Shown here one piece after another: positions 20,077 to 31,088 of a stretch of DNA of 64,000 bases (position 1 is the stretch's first letter; every line of letters starts with the position of its first letter). The position numbers were made by a program, and so were the translations under genes. Under the pieces are notes generated by a model. The model made no database searches and was not told where the DNA came from. It worked only from the letters and a program-made list of their open reading frames with translations. The stretch spans positions 62,001 to 126,000 of the forward strand of contig CP120460.1 in NCBI GenBank assembly GCA_034226945.1, in the 5' to 3' direction. The stretch comes from Picochlorum sp. SENEW3. Lineage: Eukaryota.

Positions 20077-23000
20077 CTACTCCTCCTGCTCTGTCCTCGG
20101 ACCCTTTGCTTTGTCAACAGCACGAGAATGCTTCCAATGCTCCATTCTTGGTGACCGCTGTACCTCCGGTCCCTGGATCTCACCCTGTCTACTCATCATA
20201 TCCATGCCCACGTAGCCCGGCATCATATGATGAGGGACATGGCCTGGGCTTGCAACTGGGTTCACAAACTGTGTTGGCATCATTTGAGCATGCTGCATGA
20301 CGGGCACATAGTGGACAGGACTGTATGGATACAAGAACCCTCCATTATACATTGCTTGATCCATCGGGTGCAAGCTGGTATATTGCTGATTATACCCAGA
20401 CTTGTACAGATCTTGAACAGATTGTTGCAAGGCATGGCTTTGGGTCAAGCCTTTCTCTGCATTATTGCCCCCCATATGTAGCTGTCTCGGGGTATTTCTT
20501 CTTGAACCGTGACTGGGAGTGCTCTGATTTGAGAACCCCTGTCGTGGACTTCTTCTCGTATTCGGATCGCGAGGACTAGGCTGCGTTTTGATGCGAGGCC
20601 TTGGGCTGGGTTCGGACTTTGCATCTTCCCCAAGTTGCATTTCATCCAAAAATGCACGCAAATCCATGGAACTAGGTAAAGAACAATCTCCAACTCTAAC
20701 ACAAGGAAATCCTTCGTACACGTTCGAGTTCTGCCTACTGAATTGTGACGATGATCTCCTTATGAGTGCATCTGACAGGGTCGAAGGAAGCTGCTCGATC
20801 GTGTTGGAGAGGCTATGGTTCGATTCGATTCCACCTAGATTCTCTTGAGAACTACCGGAGGCGTTATCGTGTGTCACGCTCGAATCTCTGGGCACTGTAG
20901 CAGCTTCTTGCTGACGTTGTAGCCTTTCCAAATTCTTCAAATGGCGCCTGCCTTTTTCATGCTCTTTCAGGTGGGCTTCTGATGTTGTCACGATACCACA
21001 TATTGAACAGATACGTCTCTCAGTATCGGGAGGGCGTACATCTTGTGTATTTGTCGCTCCTGTGAAGGGAGATTGAGGAATGTTGGATGGTGAGGTACCC
21101 TGCCCCATCAACTCTCCTGGGCGCACATACCCTTGGCCCGCAGTCTCCCATGGCTCCTGGCGCTTCACAATAGATTCCACTAACAATTTAGTCTGCCAAT
21201 ATGCCGATATTGTGCCTGAATTCGCAAGGGAAACCAGTGCTGCCTCAGCAGCTGCATCCCTGGCCTCAGAAGATGATGCAGCCAACTGCCCAACAAATGG
21301 ATTCTGCAACATTAAAAAGCGATATAGAACAAATAAAATACACGCGGTATCAAATAAGAAGAAAGTACCTGTTCGGAGCCTCGTTTTCTGCTAAGTACGT
21401 GGCCAAAATCTTCAGCAGTCATGATCAATGCCTCTGGGAGAATGGCTGTTGCCTGCCACAGTCCATTACCTGAATGGGGATCTTCCACTTGTACTTGATA
21501 CAGGTTAAATTTTGGAGGATATCCAGATAATCCCAAACACAGTGTGTGCAGAATCGTCGAAGGTGGCGGAACAGCAAGTGATAGCGACTGCAGGTGACTC
21601 ATTTCATGGAAAAATGCTGACTTTCCATGCACAGTAAGTTGTGCCAAGCTCTCTTCCAGTGAAGCATCCCCACAGTGTACAAATTCTGCTGCTGCAAGAA
21701 GCATTTGATCTGCTTTAGAAATTTCAATCCACGCAAGGGATTGCTCTCTTGTTGCAATAATATGACAGCATGGACCAGCAGTTGCGTCTTTCTGCTCTGT
21801 ATGCTGTGGTGCCCCCGTACCACAAATGTCACGAAGGACATTCAATGCAGTAGACTCATAATCAAATCCAGCTGCATGAATCACACTGGCTGGACTATAC
21901 CAAAGAATGTGGCCATTCGACTGTTTAATCTCATTCAGTCGATCACTTGATTCAACATATTCTTCAGTGATGAAATACAACATCTGGAGTTCCGCTGGCA
22001 CCGGTTCCATCACCTCCTCAACTTGTAAGAGATTATCTTTTGGTAAATGTGTGCTCAAAAATTCAATCAAAGAACGAGCAGAGGCTCCATCCTGCACAAC
22101 TACATACACGGGCCTATCCAAGTCTGGGCAACCCAAGTCTTTCAATAATGATGCACACATGTCCATCCTTGATGATCTATTCAGAGAATCCTTAAATTTA
22201 TCACAGAGAACGACTTTTAGTTCCTTGCATAGATCCACACCCAAAGACTGAGCCAAGGGAGAGGATTCCAGTGCTGCAACAGCATCCTTGGCAACTCTGG
22301 TCTCCAGGCTATCCTCATCTTTCGAGTCATATAAATCACCTAATTTCTCTCTAAATTCTTCAATACTGGACACAAATATATCAATTGCTGACTTCATTGT
22401 TTCGCCCATGCATACAACAAGGGCTTTGATGCATGATCTCACATGCTCCATCACCAAGAGTGCTGCATCACTCCTGCAGTGCGCAGCACCAGACTTTGGC
22501 AAATTTGCCGTGAAAGCAATCGAATGCTCTACCATAAGCATGATCTGTTCCCAGTCATGATGGACTGGGTTCACGTATAAATCCTCCCTCGCTTCCTTCT
22601 CTCCATCTTGCACACTTTCATTCACTGTAGGGAAATGAATTAGCCTGCCGAAGTGGTTCTGACTGTGCGCGTGCAAAACATCCCACACATGAAGTAAGTG
22701 TTTCTGAATCGACCCAATCAGGAGAGATTCGTCTTCACAGGGAGTATAAGCATGAAATGCCAGCCGGGAACTGTGAATTTTCTGTGCAAGGGATTCAAGT
22801 GCATGCCCTGTTGGTAAGCAAATCCCAGCCTGAGCACTATGCGACAATCTTCGAATAACCTGCCTCAATTTATCGAAAGGCCGTTTCAGTGTATGGGTCT
22901 GTGGAAGCATTGTTCCCAGTAACTTTGGCCTGACAACCTCCTCTGAAGAATCCTCTGTGGCAGCAAGTTTCCAGTAGTACTCTCTGACAAGGGTATTCAT

Positions 23001-23527
23001 CGGGTGATTTCGAACTGCATGGAAAGCATCATGAAGAACCAGTAATGAACTTTGATCCAAGCGGTACACCCCCAGCTTTGTGAGCCTCATCAGCAATCCC
23101 GCTGTGAAAACGAGGACTCGATTCTGCTCAAACTCCTTGGGGAAATCATACAGAAAGTCTCCCCCGCAGTACCTGCACAAAAAATACCACCATTACGATA
23201 GTAATACGCACATATGCACGAGACATACACTCCCACAACGTACGCTCCCACAGGCACACGGCCCTTCAACGATCTCCTCAGCCTTTGAGCTCCAGACAGC
23301 ACTTGAGCAGGTCTCAGCACACACACCACAACATGCTTCTCAGGAAACCTCGAGAGCATGGTATCAATCACCGCATCAACTACTTTCATCTGACCAAGCC
23401 CAGTCGGAAGAAATGTGATTTCATTCCCAGGAGATTTGATAATTTGCTCAATCATCTGATGTCGGAAATTCTCCGCACCCCCTCTCCTCGACTGCACATG
23501 CGATCCTGCTGTACCTTTCTCGGACAT
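20077..23527 (-). CDS. Dicer/RIG-I-type SF2 helicase-like protein with degenerate ATPase motifs, a dsRBD/DUF283-like domain and a U1/matrin-type C2H2 finger; introns 23173-23243 and 21304-21368
   Basis: Three ORFs join through canonical introns. Motifs: FLPTGLGQM, VLVFTAG, LVLHDAFHA..NHP, PKLLG, SEARDAAAEAALVSL, CSIC..HLKEHEKGRRH. Confidence 0.7.
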
Positions 23528-24086
23528 AATTTTTGCCTCTCTCTGCGACAATATCCAACACAATCGCAACGCGCACTCAGTCGAAGAATGCAACGCAACT
23601 AGGACTATCTGCGAAAACTCTACTCCCGCAGAGATGCACCCTGTCCTAGACTAATTTGATTTTATTGTAATAAATTGAGAGTTCTGATATCAATGATGGC
23701 TCCTGTTGCTGTCGCTGTTACACCCATGGTTGGGTGACAGCCAAGAATAATGTCGCCACTCCATCTATTGTATCAATCAATGGTGAAAATAATTCCATTT
23801 GTAAATAATTTTTATCGACAATTTGTCGTAGGTGCTGCATGCATGTATTCTGATTGGATTTCATGCCAATGATGATGGCATAGTAGCACCGCTGAGACAA
23901 GTATGGACATTACACGCTATAGTAGTAGTAGTGAGGGAAAAAAAACTGCAAGGATACTCGAATAGACACATATATGACTGGTATGGACAGTAGAATGTAA
24001 GATGGTCATGGTCTGGAGATCAACTCATCATGCATGGATCATCCATATGGATTATCATCCTGGGAGAGGAGGACCAAAAATGTCTC

Positions 24087-24713
24087 TCATGCTCCATCCC
24101 TGGCAAGTATCTGTTGTTGCAAGGATGCCACCGTCTGTCGTAACTTTTTATTCTCTAAGTCCAAATCTCTCATCATCGTCTCAAGCTGGTGGACTCGCTC
24201 GCTGTGCATCTTCAACTGCTCGCTCATCTCCTGGATCAGTTGTGCCTTGCGTTCCCTTGCTCGTTTGGCTGATGCTCTGTTTGATAACAATCTTCTCGTC
24301 TTCTTCTTCTCCTCCTCGGATAGATTTGGATCAATCATTGATTCGTATTGAACTCCGGGACGGCCCCTTGTACTCCTCCTGTGAGACGAGTCCCCTCTGC
24401 CTGGAACCACTGATTGGCCTGTCGGGTGTAATGCATAATCATTCACAGGCACATACCTCATTCTCTCGGATTCCATCCGTTGGGAAGAACCACTATTTAA
24501 GAATGGTATAGAAACTCCATCTGATCCTGAGGGGGTGAGCTCCGTATCCAGAAAATTCAAGCCGCAATCTTGAGTACCGACCAAGAGGTCGACCTGCTGT
24601 TCTGATCCACCGGCGGTATCCACTATGCAAGCATCCCAAGGGCAGGCTCCAACTCCATCTGATGTGTCGCGATGATCCACGACCTTGGACCCAGGTATAT
24701 CAGAAGGATTCAT
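24087..24713 (-). CDS. bZIP transcription factor
   Basis: RRLLSNRASAKRARERK (N-x7-R basic region) followed by a heptad zipper. First ATG 24713. Confidence 0.88.
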   Translation of the reverse strand: MNPSDIPGSKVVDHRDTSDGVGACPWDACIVDTAGGSEQQVDLLVGTQDCGLNFLDTELTPSGSDGVSIPFLNSGSSQRMESERMRYVPVNDYALHPTGQSVVPGRGDSSHRRSTRGRPGVQYESMIDPNLSEEEKKKTRRLLSNRASAKRARERKAQLIQEMSEQLKMHSERVHQLETMMRDLDLENKKLRQTVASLQQQILARDGA

Positions 24714-25304
24714 AGTGCGATGATGGCTCGACTCGAACGAAAGCACAGTTCTTTGCTATCGCCAACGCCGTTGATAATGATTGATATTGATGCGGAGAAC
24801 CGGTTCCAGTCTTTATGCTACGACACGCCCTCTCGCTAGGTCGGAACAGAGATGCGACCGAAACTGCAGTGATTGAGCGGCAATATTCAGCTGATTTAAT
24901 TTCATAAAGTGTATGAAATCCCTTCAGAGCAGTATAAACCCACTGACGAAGGATTCTTGGCGCACCGTTATATACCCGAGAAGAAGACTGGACAGTGCGT
25001 CACGGGCCTGTCGACACCGCTGTAAATGTCCCAGCGATGTCAAATATGAATATTCGAAACTTTTTATATGTATTGTATATATATAAACGATGATGCCATG
25101 GATTCGAATCTGTTGTATACCATTTGCCCAGAGCATGATGGCTTGCAACGCATTGCGTTATAAAAACGAGTCATGCCCACGTCATATACTAATGGGCCCA
25201 TCAAGCGAGTCCGTGGACCGAAGGAGATTGGCGCCCAGGTGCATCCTCCTCGAAAGTCCCTAAATAGACAAATATGTACATCACTAGCGTCAGGCTGGAT
25301 CCTT

Positions 25305-25397
25305 CACCGGTCCTTCACTGGTCCATTCGGGGTCGCCCGCCAAACGGGGCGAAGGACCGGTGACGTTACATTTCGTCACCCATGGACCAGTGAAGGA
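25305..25397. repeat. Subterminal inverted repeats at the left end of the CACTA element
   Basis: TCCTTCACTGGTCCAT (25311-25326) with exact reverse complement at 25382-25397; CACCGGTCCTTC (25305-25316) with reverse complement at 25351-25362. Confidence 0.85.
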
Positions 25398-25925
25398 TCG
25401 GTTCCTCCTCGCTCTCACTACCGCCCCTATTAAAATTATTTCTGGTATTCATTTATAATATTACACTCAATAGTATATATTAATGTCACAGACACAAATA
25501 TGAGCAGCATTTGCCAGGGCTACTTCACAGATACCTTGTATCACCTCCAGTTGTCCATACTCCCAGTTCTGAAATTTCCAACCTGCAGGCTATCAGCTGC
25601 AAAGAATCCTATTATTTCTGCAAGCCCGTTACCATCCGACACCTTTAACTTATTTACAGCCACTCCAATTTCCCTAAAGACTCAGCCTGCACTTAGTACA
25701 CCTTTTTCCCAGCCCTAGCAGCCTCCACTTCACTACAGTACTTGAGCTTTGGTGGGTTTCCCCACCGAACTCTCGTTACATGTGATAAATAGAATGTTAT
25801 ATGGTTTTATACTACATTTCAGCTCAAAAGAACGACAGAAGAATCACACTAGCGTGATATCGGTGTTCACTGGGGTGTTCTCACTCCTTTCTTTTCTTCT
25901 ACATCTCTCAGCTCTATCTTTTGCG

Positions 25926-27233
25926 CTAGAAATGTATCTTCGACCATCTTGTTGCCATGCCTCTACATTTGAACATCCTGCCGGTCTTCGCTTCCTGTTT
26001 CTTGGCTGCTTGGCTCTTGATTTCATCTTTTAGAGATCGTATTTCCTCATTCTTCTTTTTGATCACTTGTTGTAAACCAGAATCATCCTTCTCCTTGGCA
26101 GCCATTTCTCTAAGCGATTTCACGTCGTCTTGTAAAGAAGTTATTTTCCTAAGCAAACTTGCTTGTTTAGGGACATCGAAAGCTGATGCATTTGCATGCA
26201 GTTGGGAGTCAAGTATTGCATTTGCATGGTCATCATCCACTTGACACATCCTACTAGGCTGTTCTCGAAGGTCTTCATCATCGCTGCTTTCTATGCCTGG
26301 CGTGTAATCATTCCTATTGGAAACGGTTCCTCTTGCTGCAGAAGCCTGGATGATGTTTGATGTCAACCCCATGCTGCATACATTGGAAGCATCAGGTGAT
26401 GGTCTCGACAACCATTGCATTACTTCCTTCCAGTCGTCTCCTGGTGGGACTAACCCTGCATAGGCTCCGTTGTTGTCCCTTATATACCGCCCAAAGTTGT
26501 CCCAGTAGACATCAGCAGATCCTCTTAGTGCAGCTACAACTTGGCTTCGCAACTTGCCCAACCGAAGGTTGGATGTTGTGTTGTTCGTATAGGTCGTCAC
26601 GTACTTGAAGAATTTGGTCAAGTCGGTAATTTTTCTCCTTCTGCCTTCCTTCTGAATTTCATAAAGGACTCGCACCCGGCCAGGTTCCCAAAAGTATTTA
26701 TCCACAATACCCTTTCGTCCCCTTGGCCTCTCTAGAGCAAAGGCGCCGTAAACTTCCCCATATTCTTCCTGATCCTTGTGAATTCTTGGCCAATACTGGT
26801 ACAACATGCCCAATATCCATTTCTTGAAGTCGGCGTCTTGGGGGCTATCACTCTGACGAGTTGATATGGCAGTTGAGCCATGAAACCCGCTGGTGCCCTG
26901 GGTCTCTAGGCAATCTTCTGCAGTAAATATAATAGTAATATGAGAAATATCATCGCTTTCTGATCTCTTCTGCAGTCTGCAAGATAGACAATTCGATAGG
27001 GTCCGAAGGCCAACCGTTTTCTCTTCGCTGCACTTTTCCACATTCAGGTACAAGCGAATTTTTTTCCCTTTCTCACACTCTAATTTTTTAATTGTTTCCT
27101 CCAACTCTTTCAGGATCATATCGGACGTCCAACCCTCGTAAACTGTGCACAACTCGTGCACGTCGGTGCCATCTGGACTCCGCAAACGAACAGCCGTCTC
27201 CAATCCAGGACTGAGGAAAACCTCTTCGCTCAT
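25926..27233 (-). CDS. CACTA second ORF of unknown function (possible TnpA-equivalent or cargo), C-terminal coiled coil
   Basis: 435-aa ATG ORF inside the TIRs, divergent from the transposase; no domain recognised. Confidence 0.6.
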   Translation of the reverse strand: MSEEVFLSPGLETAVRLRSPDGTDVHELCTVYEGWTSDMILKELEETIKKLECEKGKKIRLYLNVEKCSEEKTVGLRTLSNCLSCRLQKRSESDDISHITIIFTAEDCLETQGTSGFHGSTAISTRQSDSPQDADFKKWILGMLYQYWPRIHKDQEEYGEVYGAFALERPRGRKGIVDKYFWEPGRVRVLYEIQKEGRRRKITDLTKFFKYVTTYTNNTTSNLRLGKLRSQVVAALRGSADVYWDNFGRYIRDNNGAYAGLVPPGDDWKEVMQWLSRPSPDASNVCSMGLTSNIIQASAARGTVSNRNDYTPGIESSDDEDLREQPSRMCQVDDDHANAILDSQLHANASAFDVPKQASLLRKITSLQDDVKSLREMAAKEKDDSGLQQVIKKKNEEIRSLKDEIKSQAAKKQEAKTGRMFKCRGMATRWSKIHF

Positions 27234-27505
27234 ATTTACTAATTTGATTTAATAAATAAATATCTGGTAATTTGTTCTGGTATCAGTCATGCGGGATGTC
27301 GATGGATGTATTGTTGACAATGATTGGTAGTTATTCGTCAGTTGCAGTTACATGCACCTTATCATCCCCATGTTGAAGACGTCTCGTTGGAAGATTGGCA
27401 TAACCATATCTATATGATATATTTATGTACAAAGATTTGATCTTTCATGAAAAATCTTGTCTGATCGTATCTGGATAACCTATTTGTTCTTGAAAGTTGG
27501 TTGCC

Positions 27506-30490
27506 ATGACTCAGGACCTTTGCCACAACTGTCGCAGGACGATGCCATCCTCTCGCAGTGGGAAAGCACATCACATTCAAGGTAAATGCAAGTCGATTTT
27601 CACAGGGGAGCTCACTGTAGGTGATGCACCTCCCATGATAGCCACGGAGCAGTTGAGTCCAGATACAGCAGAAGTGCCTACACCCGTGCAGAATTCAGGT
27701 GAAGATGCTGCAGAGGATGGCACTCCTTTTGAATATTACAATACTTACACCTCTATTCCCAAGAAAAACACAGTCGAGTATTACGTCAGCATGATGAACG
27801 AGCCTGTTTTCACTGGTGCAAACCAAACGTTGAAGGAATACTTGCAGTCATCATTTGCACTCTATGTCTCAAGTGGTATGGGGAAAGCAACATTCGAAGA
27901 GCTATTACAACGAGATCGAGTCTTATTGGAGAATTTTGATCCCATCATCCCCAAATCCCTGTATCTCGTGAGAGAATCCCTTGGCATTCCCAAGGCTGAC
28001 CAGGTTGAGCATCACATTTGTACTTGCCTGCAGTACATATTCGACCGTCTTCCCAAGGAGCAATGGATCTCACACAAGGATGATAAGTGTAAAGGTTGTG
28101 AGAAGCCTCGATTCAACGTAGTGAGAAATTTTGATGGTTCTCTCAGGGTCACGCCCAGGAAGGTACTCATCTCTTGTCAAATAGTATTTACTATCCATGA
28201 GACCTATCGATTCTGATCTTATTTGCCTGCTCTGCAGAAGTTTTATGCATTCAATCTTGAAAGTCAAATCAAGCGTCTCTTCCGTATACCTGACTTTGCG
28301 CAGAAAAGAGGGTCGCAAAGGGAGCAGAACTTAGTCTACCAGTCCGAGCACTACGAATGGTTAGTAGGAGCCACCCGTGGGGGGGTGGCACAGGTCAGCA
28401 ATAGTGTGTATAGTGTTGGGTTTGATTGGTGTCAGGCTACTAAATCAAAAGAGCATTCTATGGGAGTTGTAAGCATGCGATGCGAGGACTTGCCAGCAGA
28501 TCTAGCCCACAAGGACAGCATGACAGTGCCATTGCTCTACTTACCGGGCCCCAAAGAGCCAACCTGTCTGAATGCGTTGTTCAATTTGATCGCTGCACAA
28601 TTTACTAAGGCAGCAGAGTCTGGTATTCAAGTGAGCTATATTAACAGCGAAGGCAAGCAAGTGGAAATACTCCACAAACCGTATTGGGTATTTATCCACT
28701 GTGATTCCCCTGCACGAAGCAAATTAGGTTGCTTCAATGGAGCTAATGCTACCTTTTGCTGCCCATACTGCCGTCATCCTTCAGTTCGAGTTGAAAAAGC
28801 ATTGAAGCCCTTGGGCTACCTCGAGCCTGTCTCTTACTTGCATTATATATGTGTGACACAAAAAAGAGGAAGAGCAACGACTTCTGACCTACCAAATGGG
28901 TGTCAGAAGACAGCGATTGTCCCTAGAAAACATGGAACACCGGGAGAAGCTGTTTATGTACTTGATCAAGAAAGGGAGATATCAGCACGAGGAGATCAGG
29001 AAAGAGTTGGGCATCAATGGGAAATGTGACCTGTTTGGGAAAGTGACCACACTACACCGTGTGCATGCCTTTCTCCTTCCCTTTTACCATCTCATTTTTC
29101 TTGGAGTACTCAAAACGTTTTTCACTCTTCTTGTGAAGAAGGACCCGAAAAAGAAGGCTAGGAAGAAGAGAAATAGAACAAAGGACAGGGATGAAGATGG
29201 ATCAGATACAAATGAAGTTACGATCTTCCGCCTGAGCAAGCTCAAGGAATTGAATAATTGTATCATCTCAACATCTGACCTGGGAAGGCCACCGAGATGT
29301 TTATCAAATATTGCGGCATTCCTTGTCGAAGACGCGAAGAACCTTTGGGAGTTTCAAGGCACTCTCCTTATGCACCCAGCAGTAACAAGTAAAGTCCTGG
29401 GTCTCGAAGACGGAGTGCTTCCACCACTAGCAAAAGAGGCATGGGGATATTTAAGAAGAGGAATTGACTTTTTTTATGGATCAGGACACAGTGTCTCTTG
29501 ACAAGCATGGCCGCACAACACTGGCTGCAAAGGAAGCACAAGAGAGCCTGCTGGAGTTTGCCAAGATATGCGAAAAGGTATGTGGAGATGCATGTGCCTC
29601 ATTACGCATTGCGCCTCCTTTCAAAATTTAAACATCGTAATTTGCAGAATTTTATGCCAGTGTGCACGCAAAACCTGCACATCCTTATCTGCAGACTATT
29701 AGATCAGGAGAAGGCAACAGGAAAAGCCAAGTTCATGAATGAGTTGCACATTGAGAGATCGCTTCAATTCTTTAAGAAGAATGCCACAGGAAAAGCAGAA
29801 CCAGAAAAGGTTGCATTACAGAAACTGTTGGACCACTACTACCTGGAGGAGTGCTGTGGCAAGTCATCTGCTTCCAGCATCACCCAGGTATCTCAGAGCA
29901 AGAGCAGCCCTTTCATTGCATCGGATGAGGATTTCTTTACAGGCCCAACAAAGGCCACGGAGAAACAGATGGAACGCATTCAGGCGTTCTGTCGACGTTC
30001 CAACATCAGGGCACATACATCAGATTGCAAAGTTTACAAAGTTGCTGAACTACACCGAGATGGCAAGATTGAGAGAGTAAATTCATCTTTGTACAACAGG
30101 GAGCGGACACGACAGTCAAATACTGTGCTTGTTGACATGAATTCATCGGGCTCATCGCACCACCTTGGAGTTGGCATTGTGAAATTTTTCTTTTCTGTAG
30201 AAGTCGATGGGACAGAGACAATGGCAGCAGCCATCCAAATATATCGTGATGACCAGGTTGAATTTCATCATGATCACGACTTTGGCACAGTAATTGAAAT
30301 CAAAATCAATCGGGACCACAAGCTGATACGTATTCGATGCCTTCCCTTGGAGAAGATACTGACAAAGGTCGTTCGTTTAAACTGCAGTGACCTGGACAAG
30401 AACGGGAATCCCACCGAGGAAACACAAGTCAAATATAGCGACTTTGTTGTACCAAAATCTCAAAAGTGGCTCAGACATATCGATTCGTAG
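27506..30490 (+). pseudogene. CACTA TnpD-like DDE transposase; introns 28163-28237 and 29578-29647; two apparent +1 frameshifts (near A6 28860-28865 and at T7 29469-29475)
   Basis: HIC.C..C.GC.KPRF, GFDW (D), HCDSPARSK (D), CCPYC, FYHLIFLGVLK, CTQNLHIL, NELHIERSLQFFK (E). The reading frame is restored only by the two introns plus two single-base removals. Confidence 0.8.
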
Positions 30491-31088
30491 ACGTGAGATG
30501 CTCAACTTCGGTCAAGATGTGACATCAATGCCTTGGAAATGCTCCTCACACCAAGAGCCATGTTTGGGCCATATATCTTGTCATATGATATAATTATCAT
30601 TTAATATATGTTATATGACGCTTGGTGCTTCCCTGACGCAGCAAACTGGTCAACTCGGAGAAGGCGAATTGCGAGCAGAGTGGACCGACCCGTTTCTTGA
30701 CAAAACTCATATTTCAGGCCAAACTGGCCTCGGTTATACATTATTATAGTAAAATTGTAAATATTTATGGCACCAAGGGGTCGTTTTGGTCCACTTGAAA
30801 TTTCACGAAGTATCAATGAAGGAACCTCGTGACGCTAGTGCATGGGGCTGCTTAACCTGGGTGGCTTGAAAAGATGAACACTCCATTGTCAACAGCACTC
30901 ACAACAGTAGCATTAACTTTGTAGTAATTTGGTCTCAGAATTCCCTCTGGATACGCCCACTTGTAGGTTTGTGGGAGCGAGTTGAGTTGAGTTGAAAACA
31001 GCAGTATCTGAGGATGGAACAACGCATTATTCAACGAATTTCAATGAAATAAATAGAAAAAGATCAGTGATATTGTATTTGCGGGGGT

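Larger units (their letters stand above)
25282..30840. mobile_element. CACTA (En/Spm, CMC superfamily) DNA transposon, 5559 bp, 3-bp TSD CAT
   Basis: Left end CACTAGCGTCA at 25282 and right end TGACGCTAGTG ending at 30840, with an imperfect extension (GG.TCCTTCA). CAT at 25279-25281 and 30841-30843. Internal TnpD-like transposase. Confidence 0.95.

Noticed and set aside
25847..25855. Internal CACTAGCGT as the end of a nested element
   Set aside because: Only a 9-bp match, with no matching TSD and no subterminal repeats.
30852..31034. Host gene interrupted by the transposon (minus-strand 60-aa ORF continuing past the left end)
   Set aside because: Non-ATG start; the reconstructed intron would be only about 35 nt; no recognisable protein.
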